Below are positions 48,444 to 63,689 of a DNA stretch of 64,000 nucleotides, piece after piece. Every line of letters begins with the position of its first letter. Within the stretch, counting starts at the first letter, position 1. Origin of the DNA: the human T2T-CHM13v2.0 reference genome, Homo sapiens; NCBI RefSeq assembly GCF_009914755.1, contig NC_060925.1; one strand, written 5' to 3'. Both the position numbers and the translations under genes were made by a program. Below the pieces are notes generated by a model. It did not search any database and was not told where the DNA came from. It saw nothing but the letters and a program-made list of their open reading frames with translations.

Positions 48444-48562
48444 CAGTCTTGGACAGCATTGAAGGACTCTTCATTGGTGATGTCATACATCAGAATGAAG
48501 CCCATGGCCCCACGGTAATAGGCTGTTGTGATGGTCCGGTACCGCTCCTGCCCAGCTGTGTC
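48444..48562 (-). CDS. RAB3B: RAB3B internal coding exon (aa 77-116; G3 motif and switch II)
   Basis: Encodes [39 protein letters not shown](W). Acceptor ttttcttttcctgcccAG; donor TG|GTATGA; 119 nt. Matches the recalled Rab3 sequence. Confidence 0.98.
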
Positions 48563-48652
48563 CTGGGCAGGAAAAGAAAAGAAACAATCTCTTAGAAAGT
48601 CTGCTTTGGTTCCTAAAAAGTCCCCAGGACAATTAACTAATAACCCAAGACA

Positions 48653-48998
<346 letters not shown>

Positions 48999-49049
48999 TA
49001 GATTAAAATGATTTTTTAAATCTCATAGAATTTAATAAAAATAATTAAA

Positions 49050-49800
49050 ATCCTAAAGGAAAAGTGGACAAGAGGCATGAACAAGCACATAAGAAATGTT
49101 GAGTGGGTAATTATTACATAAAAAGTTTTAACCTTATTTTTGTTTCTTTTTTTTTTTTTTTTTTTTTTTTTAAGACAAAGCCTTACTCTGTTGCCCAGGC
49201 TGAGAGCCCTGGCACAATCATAGCTCACTGCAAGTTTGAATTTCTGGGCTGAAGCAATGCTCCCACCTCAGTCTCCGAGTAGCTGGGATTAAGGTTTTGT
49301 GCCACTGTGCCCAGCCCCTTATTTTTAATAATAATTCCCATGATTGATAAGCATGCAGTGAAATATACAAATTCACATCTTGCTTGTGGGAGTGGAACTT
49401 GGTTTAGCCTTTCTGGGAATCAATTTGGAAGTCTTAAGAGCATTAAAAATGTTCATACTCTTTGACCCAGAAATATTCCTTCTGGGAATTTTTCCCACAA
49501 AATTAGAAAAATTTTCCCTATAAAAATAGAAAATCAGACAAATATGTATGTACAAAAACACATTTGTTAAAACTTTATCTAGACAGTGAAAACATATCAT
49601 CAACTTATATATTCAACAATAGGAGAATGGTTAAAATGTAAGAATTTTTATGTAAGTTCATGTATGTAAGAATATTTAACGATATGAGACAATACTTGTA
49701 TGTGTGATGTATTAGTTTTATAACTATATGTGCACAGAAAAAAATAGAAGAAACACATCAAAAGGTTAATACAGATTTTCTCTGAATAAGAGACAAGAAT
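49050..49800 (+). mobile_element. L1ME-like fragment with an Alu right-arm monomer (49147-49316, minus)
   Basis: ttaaaaatgttcatactctttgacccagaaatattccttctgggaattt resembles the L1 ORF2 end. Confidence 0.6.
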
Positions 49801-49827
49801 TACTGAGATTTTGATTTTCTTCATGTA

Positions 49828-50111
49828 ATTTTTTTTTTTTTTTTTGAGACAGGGTCTCACTGTGTGGCCCAGGCTGGAGTGCAGTGGAGCAATCTTGGCT
49901 CACTGCAATCTCCACCCCCTGGGCTCAAGTGATCCTCCCACCTCAGCCTCCTGAGTAGCACACCACCACACCCGGCTAATTTTTGTATTTTTAGTACAGA
50001 TGACGTTTTACCATGTTGCCCAGGCTGGTCTCAAACTCCAGAGCTCAAGCAATCCACCCACCTTAGCCTCCCAAAGTGCTAGGATTACAGGTGTGAACCA
50101 CTGTGCCCAGA
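49828..50111 (-). mobile_element. AluJ
   Basis: Antisense dimer. Confidence 0.92.
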
Positions 50112-50576
50112 CTTCTTCATGTATTTTTATTATCTCTACAATGAGCACATATTACTCTTATGTAAGGAGAAATAAACATTTTTTCAAAAAATGACTTTAA
50201 GACAATTCTTAATCACAAGTAGCTCATAGTCTAGTTGGAAAGACAAACACGTAAGCAAGCAACAAAGACAAGACCAACAGCAAAGGGTTATCAGGGCACA
50301 TTGGGATGCTTCCAAATTTTCCACACAGTCCTCGTGTGAGGGACCAGCCAATCTTCTCTATATCATTACAGTCTCAGAATGTGTGATGCTTAAGCATATA
50401 TAAAACATGTCCTCATATATTACCTCATTTAAATTCTATGAGATTCCAGTGAGGTAGGTGTCATTATTATTTACACTTTATAGTTGAGAATGCAAAAATT
50501 GCAGAAAGGGCAAGTGACTTTCCCAAGGTCAAGGTCATAAAGCTGGTGACAAAAAGGTAGGCCTTAAATCTGGGAC

Positions 50577-51027
50577 TTTTTTTTTTTAAGAGACAGGGTC
50601 TCACTCTGTCACTCAAGCTAGAGAGCAGTGGCACAATCATCATAGCTCACTGCAGCCTTGAACTCCTAGGCTCAAGTGATCCTCCCACCTCAGCCTGCAG
50701 AATAGCTAGGACTACAGGCGCTCGCCAGTGTACCCAGCTTTTTTTGTTTTGAGACAGGATGTCACGCTGTCATCCAGTCCTGAGTGCATGATCACAGCTC
50801 ACTGCAGCCTCAAATTCCCAGGCTCAAGTGATCCTCCCACCTCAGCCTCTCAAGTAACTGGGACCACAGGCATGTGCCACCATGCCTGGCTAATTTTTTT
50901 TACTTTTGTAGAGACAAGGTCTTACTATGTAGCCATGGCTGGTCTGGAACACCTGAACTCAAGTGATCCTCCTGCCTCAGCCTCCCAAAGTGCTGGGATT
51001 AAAGGCATGAGCCTGTAAAGCCCAGCC
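50577..51027 (-). mobile_element. Three-arm AluJ composite (extra right arm plus dimer)
   Basis: Right arm at 50577-50737 directly abuts a dimer at 50738-51027; flanks ggacttt / ggacttc. Confidence 0.85.
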
Positions 51028-51410
51028 AAATCCAGGACTTCTGATTCCATGTCTAATGCAGGTACCACCACAACTCCATCAATGAAAGATTGATTTATTC
51101 ACAAGCATCTACTGAACACCATCTATAGTTATAATAAAAATAAATAAGGAGAAAAATAATTTCAGTATGCCACTATTTTAATACAGGTTGCACCTGTTAT
51201 CCACAAATACTAGAAAACCCTGGAGAATATATGTTGTTACTCTCATCTTACAGGTGAGGAAACTAAGATTCATTCAGAACTAATCTGTCTCTCTCCTGCA
51301 CCCATTACAACATATTGCCTTAGCCATGAACTATACTTAGTGTGATAATAACATAGAACAACCACCACCCCTGCCCTCAGGAAACCTCAATAGAGTTGTG
51401 AAGGTGGCTA

Positions 51411-51788
<378 letters not shown>

Positions 51789-54253
51789 GAGTCACACAAG
51801 TTCAGGTAAAGTAGAAACATGGTGGTTTGGGGTAGTTATGGAAGATGTCAAAGTGGAGATAATATATCCTTTAGGATAGGCTGGGTTCTTCAGGAACAAG
51901 CAATCCCAAATGTCAGTAGCTTAAACAACAAGGTTTTATTTTTTATTATTATTACATATCCATTAAGGACTGGCTGGGTGCTCTGCTTTTTGTCATCTTT
52001 ATTCCAGGATAAAGACTGACAGAGCAACTACCAGAGGGGAAAAAAGTATGTGAGTCATGTATTGGCTCTTAAAACTTCCACTTTTCCCATTTCACTGGCC
52101 AAAGCAAGTCACAAACCCACACCCAACTTTCAAGGGGTAAGAAAGTGCAATACTATCATATGCTGAGGAGGAAAACTGGGACTATATGGTAGAAGGCATA
52201 ATGATTCCCATGGGTGGAATCTGCACCGAGCCCAGGAGCATCACATGAAAGTGTGCTTATTTGGCAATATAAGGAGAACTTTTCTAAAGAAGAATTTTCC
52301 TTTTCCAAGCAGAAAAGTAAAGGAGTGGTATTTTGGCAGAAGGGAGAGTTTTTGACAGTGAGTACTCCTGAAGAACTTCAGGAACGGTAGGGGATGGGAC
52401 ATAGGTAGGTGATGAAGCTAGAAAGAGCTCTGAATACTATGCTATGGGGTATGGACTTGATTTTTTAAGATCAAAGATTTTGAGCCAAGGGATTAACGTA
52501 ATTAGATCTGAGATTTAGAAAGATCACTCTAACAATGGTGTAGAGAATGGACTGGAAGGAGAAGAGATAGGAGGCAGGAAGGCTGGTTAGAAGATCTTTG
52601 CAGTAGTACAGGTCAGACTAAATAAGAATCTGAGCTAGAGTGGTAACAACAGGCATAGAGTAAGAACAGATTCATTGAGGTATTTAAGAGGTAAAATTAT
52701 AGGGAATGGTGATAGATTAGATGTGAAGAGAAGAAAAACAAAGATAGCAGTTGTTTCTGTCAGGGCTTGGCTTCTCCATGTCCTCAGCAATTCAGCTCTG
52801 GCCCAGACTTGCATAACCTTACTCCATAAAACAAAACCTGCATCTAACATACTCACCCTCCTTGGAGAGCATATGAATCACCATCTTCTTTTCATTGAGC
52901 AATGTCTTTAAGCATCTTACTCTCCACCTCAATCAGCTTATCAAAGTATTCCTTCTGACCACATACAGCAGTTCTCCCTATGAGTTCTGGAAGATATTTT
53001 CTCCAGCTCATGAGTGAGTGGGAGGATAAATGAATAGATGAATGGATAAATGAGTGAATGAATAAATGAGGTTCTGAACATTTAACACTGGAAATCTTAG
53101 ACATTATTGAGAGAAATCTGCCATATCCACATCAAAGCTCTGTGTGTTTGTGACTAAGAAACATTGACGCAGTATTTGATCCACTCCTCCTATGCCCTTG
53201 CCTCTGCTTCCTGAGCTCCTCAGAGCCAACTCCAAAGAATAGACCTCCCACTGATCTGTAGCTTTAGTCCCTAAATCCTGTCCTGCAGGATTTGGAATTA
53301 AGCCACTCTTCCTGGTCTAGAAGCCCAGGCAGGATTTCTGAGCGCCTGCACTACCATCAGGCCTGAGCTCTCCTCAGTCTCCCTAAACTATGCCCTGTTA
53401 TTCTGTGAGAGTGTCGAGTCTTCCATCTCTGCCTGGAGCCTAGCCCTGTGCCCAAGCTCTCCAAGAGTCTTGTCACCCAACTGAATCCCAACTAATTAGA
53501 AATTCTGGTATATACCCCATAAATGAGTTTGGACATGGAGTCAGTTTTATCTCAGTACTACCAGTACGTAGCACAGGGCTGTGCACACAGTAGCAATTTA
53601 ACCACTGTTTGTTAAACAAAAAGGCCATATAGTCTTGAGGTTAAGACTGTGATCTTTGGAGTTAGGCTTCTGGGTGTGAATCCCTATTCTACCACTTACT
53701 CACTATGTGACTATAGTACACAGCCTCTAAAATGGCTTCTAAAATGTCTCCTGATATTCATGCTTTTGTGTAATCCTCTCTTTGGGCAACTTACCTATTG
53801 GAGCCTTAGTTTCTTTATCTATGAAGCGGGAATAATAATAATACTTCATTTTATTGCACTTCAACTTATTACACTTTGCAGATATTGCATTTTTTACAGA
53901 TTGAATGTTTGTGGTGACCCTATCTCAAGCAGGTCTATCAGAGCTATTTTTCCAACAGTATGTGCTCACTTCATGTCTCTGTGTCACATTTTGGTATTTC
54001 TCACAATATTTCAAGTCTTTTCATTATTATTATATCTGTCATGTTTATCTGTGATCAGTGATCTTTGATGTTACTATTGTAATTGCTTTGGGGTGCCATG
54101 AACCACACCCATATTAAGGCAGTGAACTTAATGTTGTGTGTGTTCTGAATGCTCCACCAACCAGCCATTTCCCCATCTCTCCCTCTCTTCAGGACTCCCT
54201 ATGCCTTGAGACACAACAGTATTAAAATTAGGCCAATTAATAACCCTACAATG

Positions 54254-54549
54254 GGCCCAGCGTGGTGGCTCATGCCTGTAATCATAGCACTTTGGGAGGC
54301 CGAGGCAGGTGGACCACTTGAGGTCAGGAGGTTGAGACCAGCCTGGTCAACATGGCGAAATCCTGTCTCTACTAAAAATACAAAAATTAGCCAGGCATGG
54401 TGGCAGATGCCTATAATCCCAGTTACTCAGGAGGCTGAGGCAGGAGAATCACTTGAACCCAGGAGGCGGAGGCTGCAGTGAGTCAAGATCACACCACTGC
54501 ACTCCAGCCTGGGTGACAGAGCAAGACTCCATCTCAAAATAATAATAAT

Positions 54550-54580
<31 letters not shown>
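54254..54580 (+). mobile_element. AluS inside Tigger1; tail is (AAT)4(AAC)10
   Basis: Dimer flanked by acaatg on both sides. Confidence 0.95.
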
Positions 54581-56321
54581 CAATGGCCTCTAAGTGTTCA
54601 AGTGAAAGGATGAGTTACACATCTCTTGCTTTAAATCAAAAGCTAGAAATAATTAAGCTTAGTGAGGAAGGCATGCCAAGAACTGAGATGGGCCGAAAGC
54701 TAGGCCTCTTGTACCAAACGTTAGCCAAATTGTAAATGCAAATGTAAATTTATTGAAGGAAATTAAGAGTGCTACTCTTGCGAACACATAAGTGATAAGA
54801 AAGCAAAACAACCTTATTGGCAATATGTAGAAAGTTTTAGTGGTTTCTGGATAGAAGATCAAACTAGCCACAATCTTTCCTTAAGCCAAAGCCTAATTCA
54901 GAGCAAGGCCTTAACTCTCTTCAATTCTATGAAGGCTGAGAGAGGTGAAGGAACTGCAGAAGAAAAGTCTGAAGCTAGCGGAGGTTGGTTCATGAAGTTT
55001 AAGGAAATAAGCTATTTTCATAACCTAAAAGTGCAAGGTGAAGCAGCAAATGCTGATGTAGAAGCTGCAGCAAGGTTATCCAGAAGACCTGCTAAGATCA
55101 TTGATTAGGGTGGCTACATTAAATAAGTGATTTTCAATGTAGACAAAACAGCACTGGAAGAATATGCCATCTAGGACTTTCATAGCTAGAGAGAAGTCAA
55201 TGCCTGACTTCAAAGCTTAAAGAACAGGCTGACTTTCTCGTTAGGGGTTAATGCAGCTGGTGACTTTAATTTGAAGTCAATGCTAACTGACCATTCTGAA
55301 AATCCAAGGGCCCCTCAAAACTATGCTAAATCTACCCTGCCTGTGCTCTAGAAATCGAACAACTAAGCCTGGATGACAACACATCTGTTTACAATATGGT
55401 TTACTGAATAATTTAAGCCCATTGTTGAAACCCACTCTCAGGAAAAAATATTCCTTTCATAATATTCCTGCTTATTGACAATGTGCCTGGTCACCCAAGA
55501 TATCTGATGGAGATATACAAGGAGATTAATGTCTTCATGCCTGCTAACACAACATCCATTCTGCAGCCCATGGATCAAGGAGTAATTTTGACTTTCAAGG
55601 CTTATTTGGACCTGGGCAAAGTAAATTGAAAACTTTCTGGAAGGAATTCACCATTCTACCATTAAGAATATTCGTGATTCATGGGAGGAGATAAAAATAT
55701 GAACATTAATAGCAGTTTGAAATAAATTGATTCCAAACTTTGGAATTATGGATGACTTTATGGGGTTCAAGACGTCAGTGGATGAAGTAACTGCAGATCT
55801 AAGATCTTGTGGAAATAGCAGGAGAACTAGGATTAGAAGTGAGACCTGAAGATGTGACTGAATTGTGGCAATCTCATGATAAAACTTGAACGGATGCAGT
55901 TGCTTCTTACAGATGAGCGAAGAAAATGGTTTCTTGAGATGGAGTCTACTCTGGTGAAGATGCTGTGAACATCCTTGAAATGACAACAAAGGATTTAGAA
56001 TATGACATAAACATAGTTGGATAAAGCAGTAGCAAGGTTTGAGAGGACTGACTCAAATTTTTAAAGAAGTTCTACTATGGGTAAAATGCTATAAAACAGC
56101 ATCACCATGCAACAGAGAAATCTTTCATGAAAAGAAGAATCAATCGATGCAGCAAACTTCACTGTTGCCCTATTTTCAGAAATTGCCACAGCCACCCCAG
56201 TCTTCAGCAACCACCAACCTGATCAGTCAGCACCCATGAACATCAAGGCAAGACCCTCCACTGGCAAAAAGATTAACACTCACTGAAGGCTCAGATGATT
56301 GTTAGCATTTTTTAGCAATAA

Positions 56322-56504
<183 letters not shown>

Positions 56505-58265
56505 TAATGTATGTAAATTGTTTTAGGCATAATATTACTACACATTTAATAGACTACTACAGTATAAACGTGGCTTTTATATGCACTGGGAAACCAAAAA
56601 ATTCATGTTACTTGCTTTATTGCAATATTTACTTTATTATGGTGATCTGGAACTGAACCTGCAACATATCCGAGGTATGCCTGTACCTACCTCAGAGTTT
56701 TGTGAGGATTAATAATGTTATTATATGCGAAATGCTTAGAACAGTTCCTGCTGTGTAGTAAATACCACATAGGCATCAGCTATTGTTTTTGCACTTCCAA
56801 AGGCAGTTCCAGGAGCAGGGCCAGCTTCCCAGGGTCTGCCCTGCTAGAGTGGATGGGTCTCATGCTATATGTGTCATTTCCCATTCCATTCAAACCTACC
56901 CAGGGCTGCCTCCAGCCAGAGTGTCAATATAATGTTTCCCTTAAAGAGTAGCAACATGACCTGTTAGAAAGAGAATGGGTGAACTTAAGAGTTGAGCAGG
57001 CCTTGGCCTAACTCCCAGCTCTGCCATTCATCAGCAACGTGATTTTGGACTAGTTGGTTATTTTATCTCTCTGAGGTTCAGTTTCCTCACATCTGGAATG
57101 GAAATAAAAATGCCTACTTGGTAGGGTTTTCATAATATGATATTTTTTAAGTGTCTGGCTTATAATAGGTATCCAAATATAGAAGTATTTATTATTTAAC
57201 TTTTAAATTAATTTTTTTAAGTAATTGAGCCTTAGTTTCCTCAACTGTGAGGTGGTGATAATAATATTATACTTTGAAGTGACTGTGTGAGAATGACAGA
57301 TAATGTAGGGGTAGAGCCTAGCAGAGCACTGGCCACATGGTAGGTGCTCAATAAAGCTCATAGTAAGTGCTGCTATTACTGTTGATATTGTTGACATTTT
57401 TATTTCACTTAAAGAAAAGCGAGGTTGGAAACACAACACTCCAGCTCTCACTATCCTGTGCTCTATGGAAAGCAGCCCAGAGAATCACTCCTGAATCTCT
57501 CCCTTTTATTTTTAAAAATCACACTGAGGAACATTGATTCTCCTCCTACTGATGAGAGTCAGAAATAGAATCACAGAGGAGATGGGAAGGAGGAGAAAGA
57601 AAGAGGAGTGACTCACTGGCTACTTGAGGAAGGAGACCATGTCATCAAGAGAAATCAGTTCACTTCTACACAACAGACATTCATTGAGCTCTTCATATGG
57701 GCAGAGGATTATGCCAGAGAACAGACACGAGAGTGAGCACCACTGCTCTAGTCTCCCATAGCCTGCTCAGTGTGGCAGACAGACATGTGGGCAAGACAGA
57801 AGGGGACTAATGTTTACTGAACACCCACTATGTTCTGAGCACTTTGGTAAGTGCTTTATATATGAGACCCATTACATTATTTGTGGTAACAAAATAACAC
57901 TGTTAGTTGAGCATTACTACATGCCAGGCACATGTTAGTAGGCACCTTTCTTATTTTATTTTATTTTCAAAAAACCCTTCTGAAATACTACTATCTCTAT
58001 TTACAGATGAGGTAAAGTTTTAAATAACTTGCCTAAGATCTTGCAGTCAGTTCATTTCAGACTGAGATTCAAACCTGGTCTGTCTGATTCCAAAGCTTGT
58101 GCTGTTTCCAGGATGCCGTTTACGTCATTTCTCTTAATTGTTATATCAGCTTGAAGGAGGACAAGTTTGAGTCCCCAGTTGATATATGAATTAACTGAGG
58201 CTCATGGAAGTTAAGTAAATTGCTAGGGTCACAAACAATAAGGAGGCAGACAGAATCCAAATTCT

Positions 58266-58561
58266 GGCCAGGCACGGTGGCTCATGCCAGTAATCCCAGC
58301 ACTTTGGGAGGCCGAGGCAGACGGATCATTTGAGCTCAGGAATTCAAGACCAGCCTGGGCAATATGGTGAAACCTTGTCTCTTCAAAAAATACAAAAATT
58401 AGCTGGGCATGGTGGCATGCTCCTGTAGTCCCAGCTAGTTGGGAGGCTAATGTGGGAGGATCACTTGAGGCCAGGAGGTGGAGGTTGCAGTGAGCTGAGA
58501 TTGCACACTGCACATCAGCCTGGGTGACAGAGTGGGACCTTGCCTCAAAAAAAAAAAAAAA
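58266..58561 (+). mobile_element. AluJ/S
   Basis: Dimer; TSD aat(c/t)caaattct. Confidence 0.93.
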
Positions 58562-58944
58562 TTCAAATTCTGTCTTGACCAAAGCCTGTGCATTTTCAAC
58601 ACAGCCTAAAGTCCAACCTGATTTGTATTCTTGATTCTCTTTAGCCCCCAAGATCCTCTGCAGCCTCCCAATACAGGAAGTCCTCTAACCATGTCTAAGG
58701 CTTCCAGGGACCAACAATCTCCCCTCCACCAGAGCATAAGATTGGAAATCACCTAGAAAGCTTAAATGAAATCACATGTGATCCAACACACACTCTTCAT
58801 TTCTTCGTAAAGTTTTCCACACGGTCGTCACACATGCCACATTCATTTCTGCTCTATATCTCTGTTCATGCTACTCTCTGCCACAATACACCCTCTCCCA
58901 GCTTCTCTGCTTGTCTTGACCATCAGATTTTTGGATTTTAGGGT

Positions 58945-59200
58945 TAAAAGGAAACCTTAGAAGTCATTCAATCCATCCTCTCACTTAAAATAGGAATTCC
59001 TTCCACAACATCCTTGTATTGAGTGCTTCCAACTTGGACACCCACCCCCTCACAAAGCAGCCATTCCACTGATGGACAGTTCTGATTATTAGAACATTTC
59101 TTCCTTTCGTTGAGCTGAAATCTACATACAGTAATTTCTACCCACTGATTTAATACTGTTCTCTGGAGACACAAAGAATAAATCTAATTCTTTACTCATG
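58945..59200 (-). mobile_element. L3/CR1 fragment
   Basis: attagaacatttcttcctttcgttgagctgaaatct. Confidence 0.55.
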
Positions 59201-60512
59201 TGGCAGCCCTCCAAATATTCAAATCCTTACACTTCCTTAACTCTTACAGTTTACAATGTTTTTTTCTTATTATCTCAGTTTATTCCCTGAGAAACCCTGT
59301 GAGAGAAGGACCAATATCTCTGTTCTATAAAAACGGCAACTTAGGCTTGAAGAGGTGAATGACAGGAAATCATGAAAACGGGCTTAAATAAAACCAGGTC
59401 TTCTGTCTCCCAACAGACCATCCTCTTTCACAAGGCTACTTCACTGATTTAAATCTCTTGTCACAGGGGCCTTGACTATTAGCAGAACAGCCAGAGAAGA
59501 GTGAAGGGAACTTGAAACCAGGTGAAGGAAGATGTTTAGCCATTGAGGGGATAGTACTGCTATCTTCAACTATTTAAAGTGCCTAAAGGCACTTCTCTTT
59601 TCCTTTCTTTCAAATCTTCACTTGGTACTGATTCTGTGCCAAGCATTGGTTAGGTCCTGAAGACAAACAGATGAATACAAGCCGGTACTTGCTTAAAGTC
59701 TACAGTGTCTGTTACCATAGGAGGTAAACATGTATTGGGTGGGGGTTCTGAAGCGGAAGAGGCCCATTCCCAGAGAGCCTTCCTAGTGCCCTTCCCTGAG
59801 GTAATGCTCTCTCTTCAGAGCTCAGCTCAGCAAAGAAGCTGACCATCCTGGAAAAGTCACATGCTCCAATTATATGCTTTCCTGGCACCATGAGCTTCTC
59901 CTTTGTACCACTCACTCCCACTGTAATTTTGTATTTATTTGTGTAATTATTTGATTAAGGTCTGTCTCCCTTGCCAAACTACCAGTGCCACAAGAACAGG
60001 ATGTCTGGTTTTGCTTACTATTGCATCTCCAGTGCATGCCACAGCACCTGGAACACAGGGCCAGAGTGTTCCAATAAATATTTGTTGAAAGGATAAATGT
60101 ATGGGGGTGTCTGTAACAATTTGGATAGAGCACACAGAATGTCAGATGGTCCTTTGGAAAAATCCAAACCTTCCCATCTCCGTCTGCTGGCCTCCCAAAG
60201 CCTACAAGATGGAGTCCAAGCTTCTCAGTAGATAAAGACCCTTCAGGATCTAGCTCAGGCTTCCCTGCTAGTTCCTTTCCTGTCATTCCTTAACTGAAAC
60301 AGTGAGCTCCAGTTTTTGCCTTAACTACTTGTGGTTTCCCAAACACGCAGCTCCTTCGCACCCCTGGGCCTTTGCATATGCTGATCTTTGCCTGGAATGC
60401 CCTTGCGTTCTATAATTCACAAACATATTCAAAGGTCACATCCTCTGAAGTTTTCCCTAACTTTCTTTCCCCACTAATTCCTCCCCTGCCCTTTAAATGT
60501 TTGCCATTACAC

Positions 60513-61467
60513 CGGCACAGGATTTTTCTCAGTCACTTTGCCAGGCTCACAGAAGGAGACACCCCATCAACTCTGGCCCTCAGGGCTGCAACTGAGGGCA
60601 AGCTTCCAGCACAAATCCCGTGGCCACTGCAACCGCACCTTCGGCCCCTGGAGGGAGGGGATGTGTGAGTGAGCAAGTGCAGGGTCCAGCCAGCCATTCC
60701 GAGTGCTGACATGAGAGCAGGCTTTGTGAGGGGCTTGTGGCTTGACCAGGCATGTCACCCCAAGGGGAAGGTGGCAGTGCCCAGGCAGGGGTGCCTGCAA
60801 CCCCAAAGCTCCAGAGGGGTGTTACAGTGTGCTAATTAGCTCTTGCAGCCCCATCAGCAGCAGCCCAACAGACAGTGGCATGCTAACAGCTCAGTCAGCT
60901 CCTTGCTCCACTCTAGCCCACAGCTCCGGGACTGGCTTGGCCCCACCACTGCTTCTGTCGCACGGGGTGGCTGCCTTCCACCAGTGGAGGGCAGGGGGCC
61001 ACAGTGCCACAGCCTTTTGGGTACTTGCATTCAGAGGGTCCTAAGCTCTTGTCCCACATCCAAGAAGAATGAGGTCACATTGACAACTGTAGGGTGATGA
61101 GGGTGGAGAATTTTATTGAGTGACGAAACAGCTCTCAGTAGAGAGGGATCAGGAATGTGGGGTCTCTCACCCAAAGTCAAGTCATCTCTCCCAGTGTGGC
61201 TGAGTCTGGGGTATTTTTAGGCACAGGACAGGTGAGGGGTGGGCCATGAGTACTACTGGAAAAGGCAACATTTAATTGGTTAAAAAGCATTATTCAAAAA
61301 GAACCAACCAGGAAAGGGTGGGCAAACAGGAACACAAGTTCTCACTCTGGGTCATGGGTTTCATCCAGAACCAGCAGCAGTCCAGGCTGTTTTTGGCTTG
61401 AAGGTGGGGTTTCATCAGGGACCTGTCCCTATCTGCCTAGGCATTTGTCTGCCTCCTGCTGCTATCA
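60513..61467 (-). mobile_element. ERV1 solo LTR (LTR27/LTR28/MER52 group)
   Basis: Minus strand starts TGATAGCAGCAGGAGGCAGACAAATGCCTAGGCAGATAGG; AATAAA at 61117-61112; ends gtgactgagaaaaatcctgtgcc; about 955 bp. Confidence 0.8.
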
Positions 61468-62287
61468 ATATCACTGTACACATCACATTTGTTATAGTTA
61501 CCAGTTTGTTTTTCTGTCTCCTCTTTCAGGCTATGAGCACCCTAAAATCAAGTCATATTTAGCTAACTATTAGGCCCTCAACTATAGCACCTGCCACATA
61601 CTAGGAACTTAAAAGAATGCTAGCAAAAGAAACTCAAGGGCTGACTGTGCTGAAAAGGGAAAGCTCATTTAGAACTTCAGGATTGGTTGGAATAGGGTCT
61701 GTGAGCTCATACATATCACCTCCTTTTTCTGGGCACTTTCCATGTCATAGACAAAGAAAGGGAGGCCCAGAGCAGTGACAACTTGAGAGGTCACACAAAA
61801 AGTGAGAGGTTATCTCTGGGGTCTTCATCCCTGGGTCGTGCCCTGTTGCCTGTGCATTCCTCCAGCCAGACTCCTCTCTCTTCCCGTCTTCAATCCAGGC
61901 AAGATTAGTGGATGGGGATGATGAGCACCAGGGAGGCAGGTAATGAGAACTTTCAAGCTAGCTTTCCCCCATGCGCTACCCTCCGACCCACAGCTGCTCA
62001 GCTCCAAGTGCTTTGTTTTTCTGCAGCAGCTGAGAGCTGAGACATTATGTCCCATGGGAATGGAAGGAAACTGGAAGGGGAGAGCTCTTTAGGAAGGAAA
62101 GAGCAGTTCAATAGAGCTTGGGAGACACAGAGGACTGAAAGTGGTAAAAATGGTCCTTTGGAGCTAGCTTAATATTATACCTATCCGTCCTCAGCCATAT
62201 AGACCACATTATAGAGCACCCTACAGTTTACAAGTACTTTTATTACATCATCTTACAGGAGCCTGACAATGATTCTGTGATGCAGAC

Positions 62288-62457
62288 TTTTTTTTTTTTT
62301 TTTAACAATTTCAACTTTTGTTTTAGGTTCAGGAGGTAAATGTATAGGTTTGTTACATGGGTATACTGCATGATGCTGAGGTTTGGGGTATGACTGATCC
62401 CATTACCCAGGTAATGAGCATAGTACCCAATGGGCAGTTTTGCAGCCCTTGTCCCCA
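62288..62457 (-). mobile_element. Short L1PA (older, L1PA15/16-like) 3' end
   Basis: Poly-T followed by L1 3' UTR; TSD atgcagac. Confidence 0.85.
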
Positions 62458-62696
62458 ATGCAGACATTTTAGAACCAGAAGAAATCAATCTTAAAGTTCA
62501 TCCAGTCTGACTCCTTTCTTTTACAGATAGAAAAACTGAGACCTAGACACTCAGTGACTTTCCCAAGGCCACATAGCTCTTTATTTTTAGGCTCAACCAG
62601 GACTCAAATTCAAATATTCTGACTCTACATCCAGTGCTCTTTCTAGCCCACCATGTGTCATTGTCACTACTGATTTACAGGTAATAAAAATGGAGT

Positions 62697-62985
62697 CAGC
62701 CAGGTGCAGTCACTCATGCCTGTAATCCCAGCTGAGGTGGGAGAATTGCTTGAGCCCTGGAGTTGGAGACCAGCCTGGGCAACAAAGTGAGACTGTGTTT
62801 CTACAAAAAATCAAAAAATTAGCTGGGCATGGTGGCCTACACCTGTGGTCCCTCAGCTACTCAGGAGCCTGAGATGGAAGAATCACTTGAGCCTAGGAGA
62901 TGGGGGCTGCAGTGAGCCATAGACATGCCACTGCACTCCAGCCTGGGTGACAGAGCAAGACAATGTCTCAAAAAAATAAATAAGT
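62697..62985 (+). mobile_element. AluJ
   Basis: Diverged dimer. Confidence 0.9.
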
Positions 62986-63689
62986 AAATTGGAGTCCAAG
63001 AACACTTAGGTAGCAACTGGTTAGGTCCTTGAGGGCAGAGGGTAGAAAAGAAGTCACTGGAATCCAGGATTAAGGATTCTAAAGCGCCTCCCTGCCCTCT
63101 GTAATCCTATCTAATCTTTGAGGTCCAGGTCAAAGTGCACCTTTTTTGGGAAGTCCTTCAGGACCCTGTCTAAATTCATCACCATTGCTTCTGGCCTTCC
63201 ACAGAATGTACTTGGACCTTTATTTTAGTGACAGCAGAGCACAGGCCATTAAAGACAGAAAGCCCTTATGAGAGTAATTAATTCCACATATATTCACTGA
63301 TCTTAGCCTGTGCCATGTGTGATCCCTATCCTCAGAACACTCACAGTCTAGTGGGAAAGTTAGACACATATGAATCCTATGAGAGGTGTACATACCCATT
63401 TCACAGATGGGAAACAGGACCCCAGAGAGATGAATGCCCTGTATTCTTATTTTTGGCATTGGTCTCTCACACAAAGCCCTCAAATACTCTAAACTCAAAA
63501 ACACTCATGGATATAGCTATTGATTTCCATGATTTCCACCAAGATAAAGGCACTACTTTTTACTTCAAGTGGATTAGCTGAAGGTCATAGGGCTTCCTTG
63601 CATTGTTCCTCAATGTATGTGGCATATCTTAGGTATTCAATAAATATTTTTAATGAATAGATCATAGCACCTATATCAGGAATTTGCTT

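Noticed and set aside
54583-56000. Possible domesticated Tigger (TIGD-like) gene
   Set aside because: The frame closes after about 50 codons, with many later stops and frameshifts.
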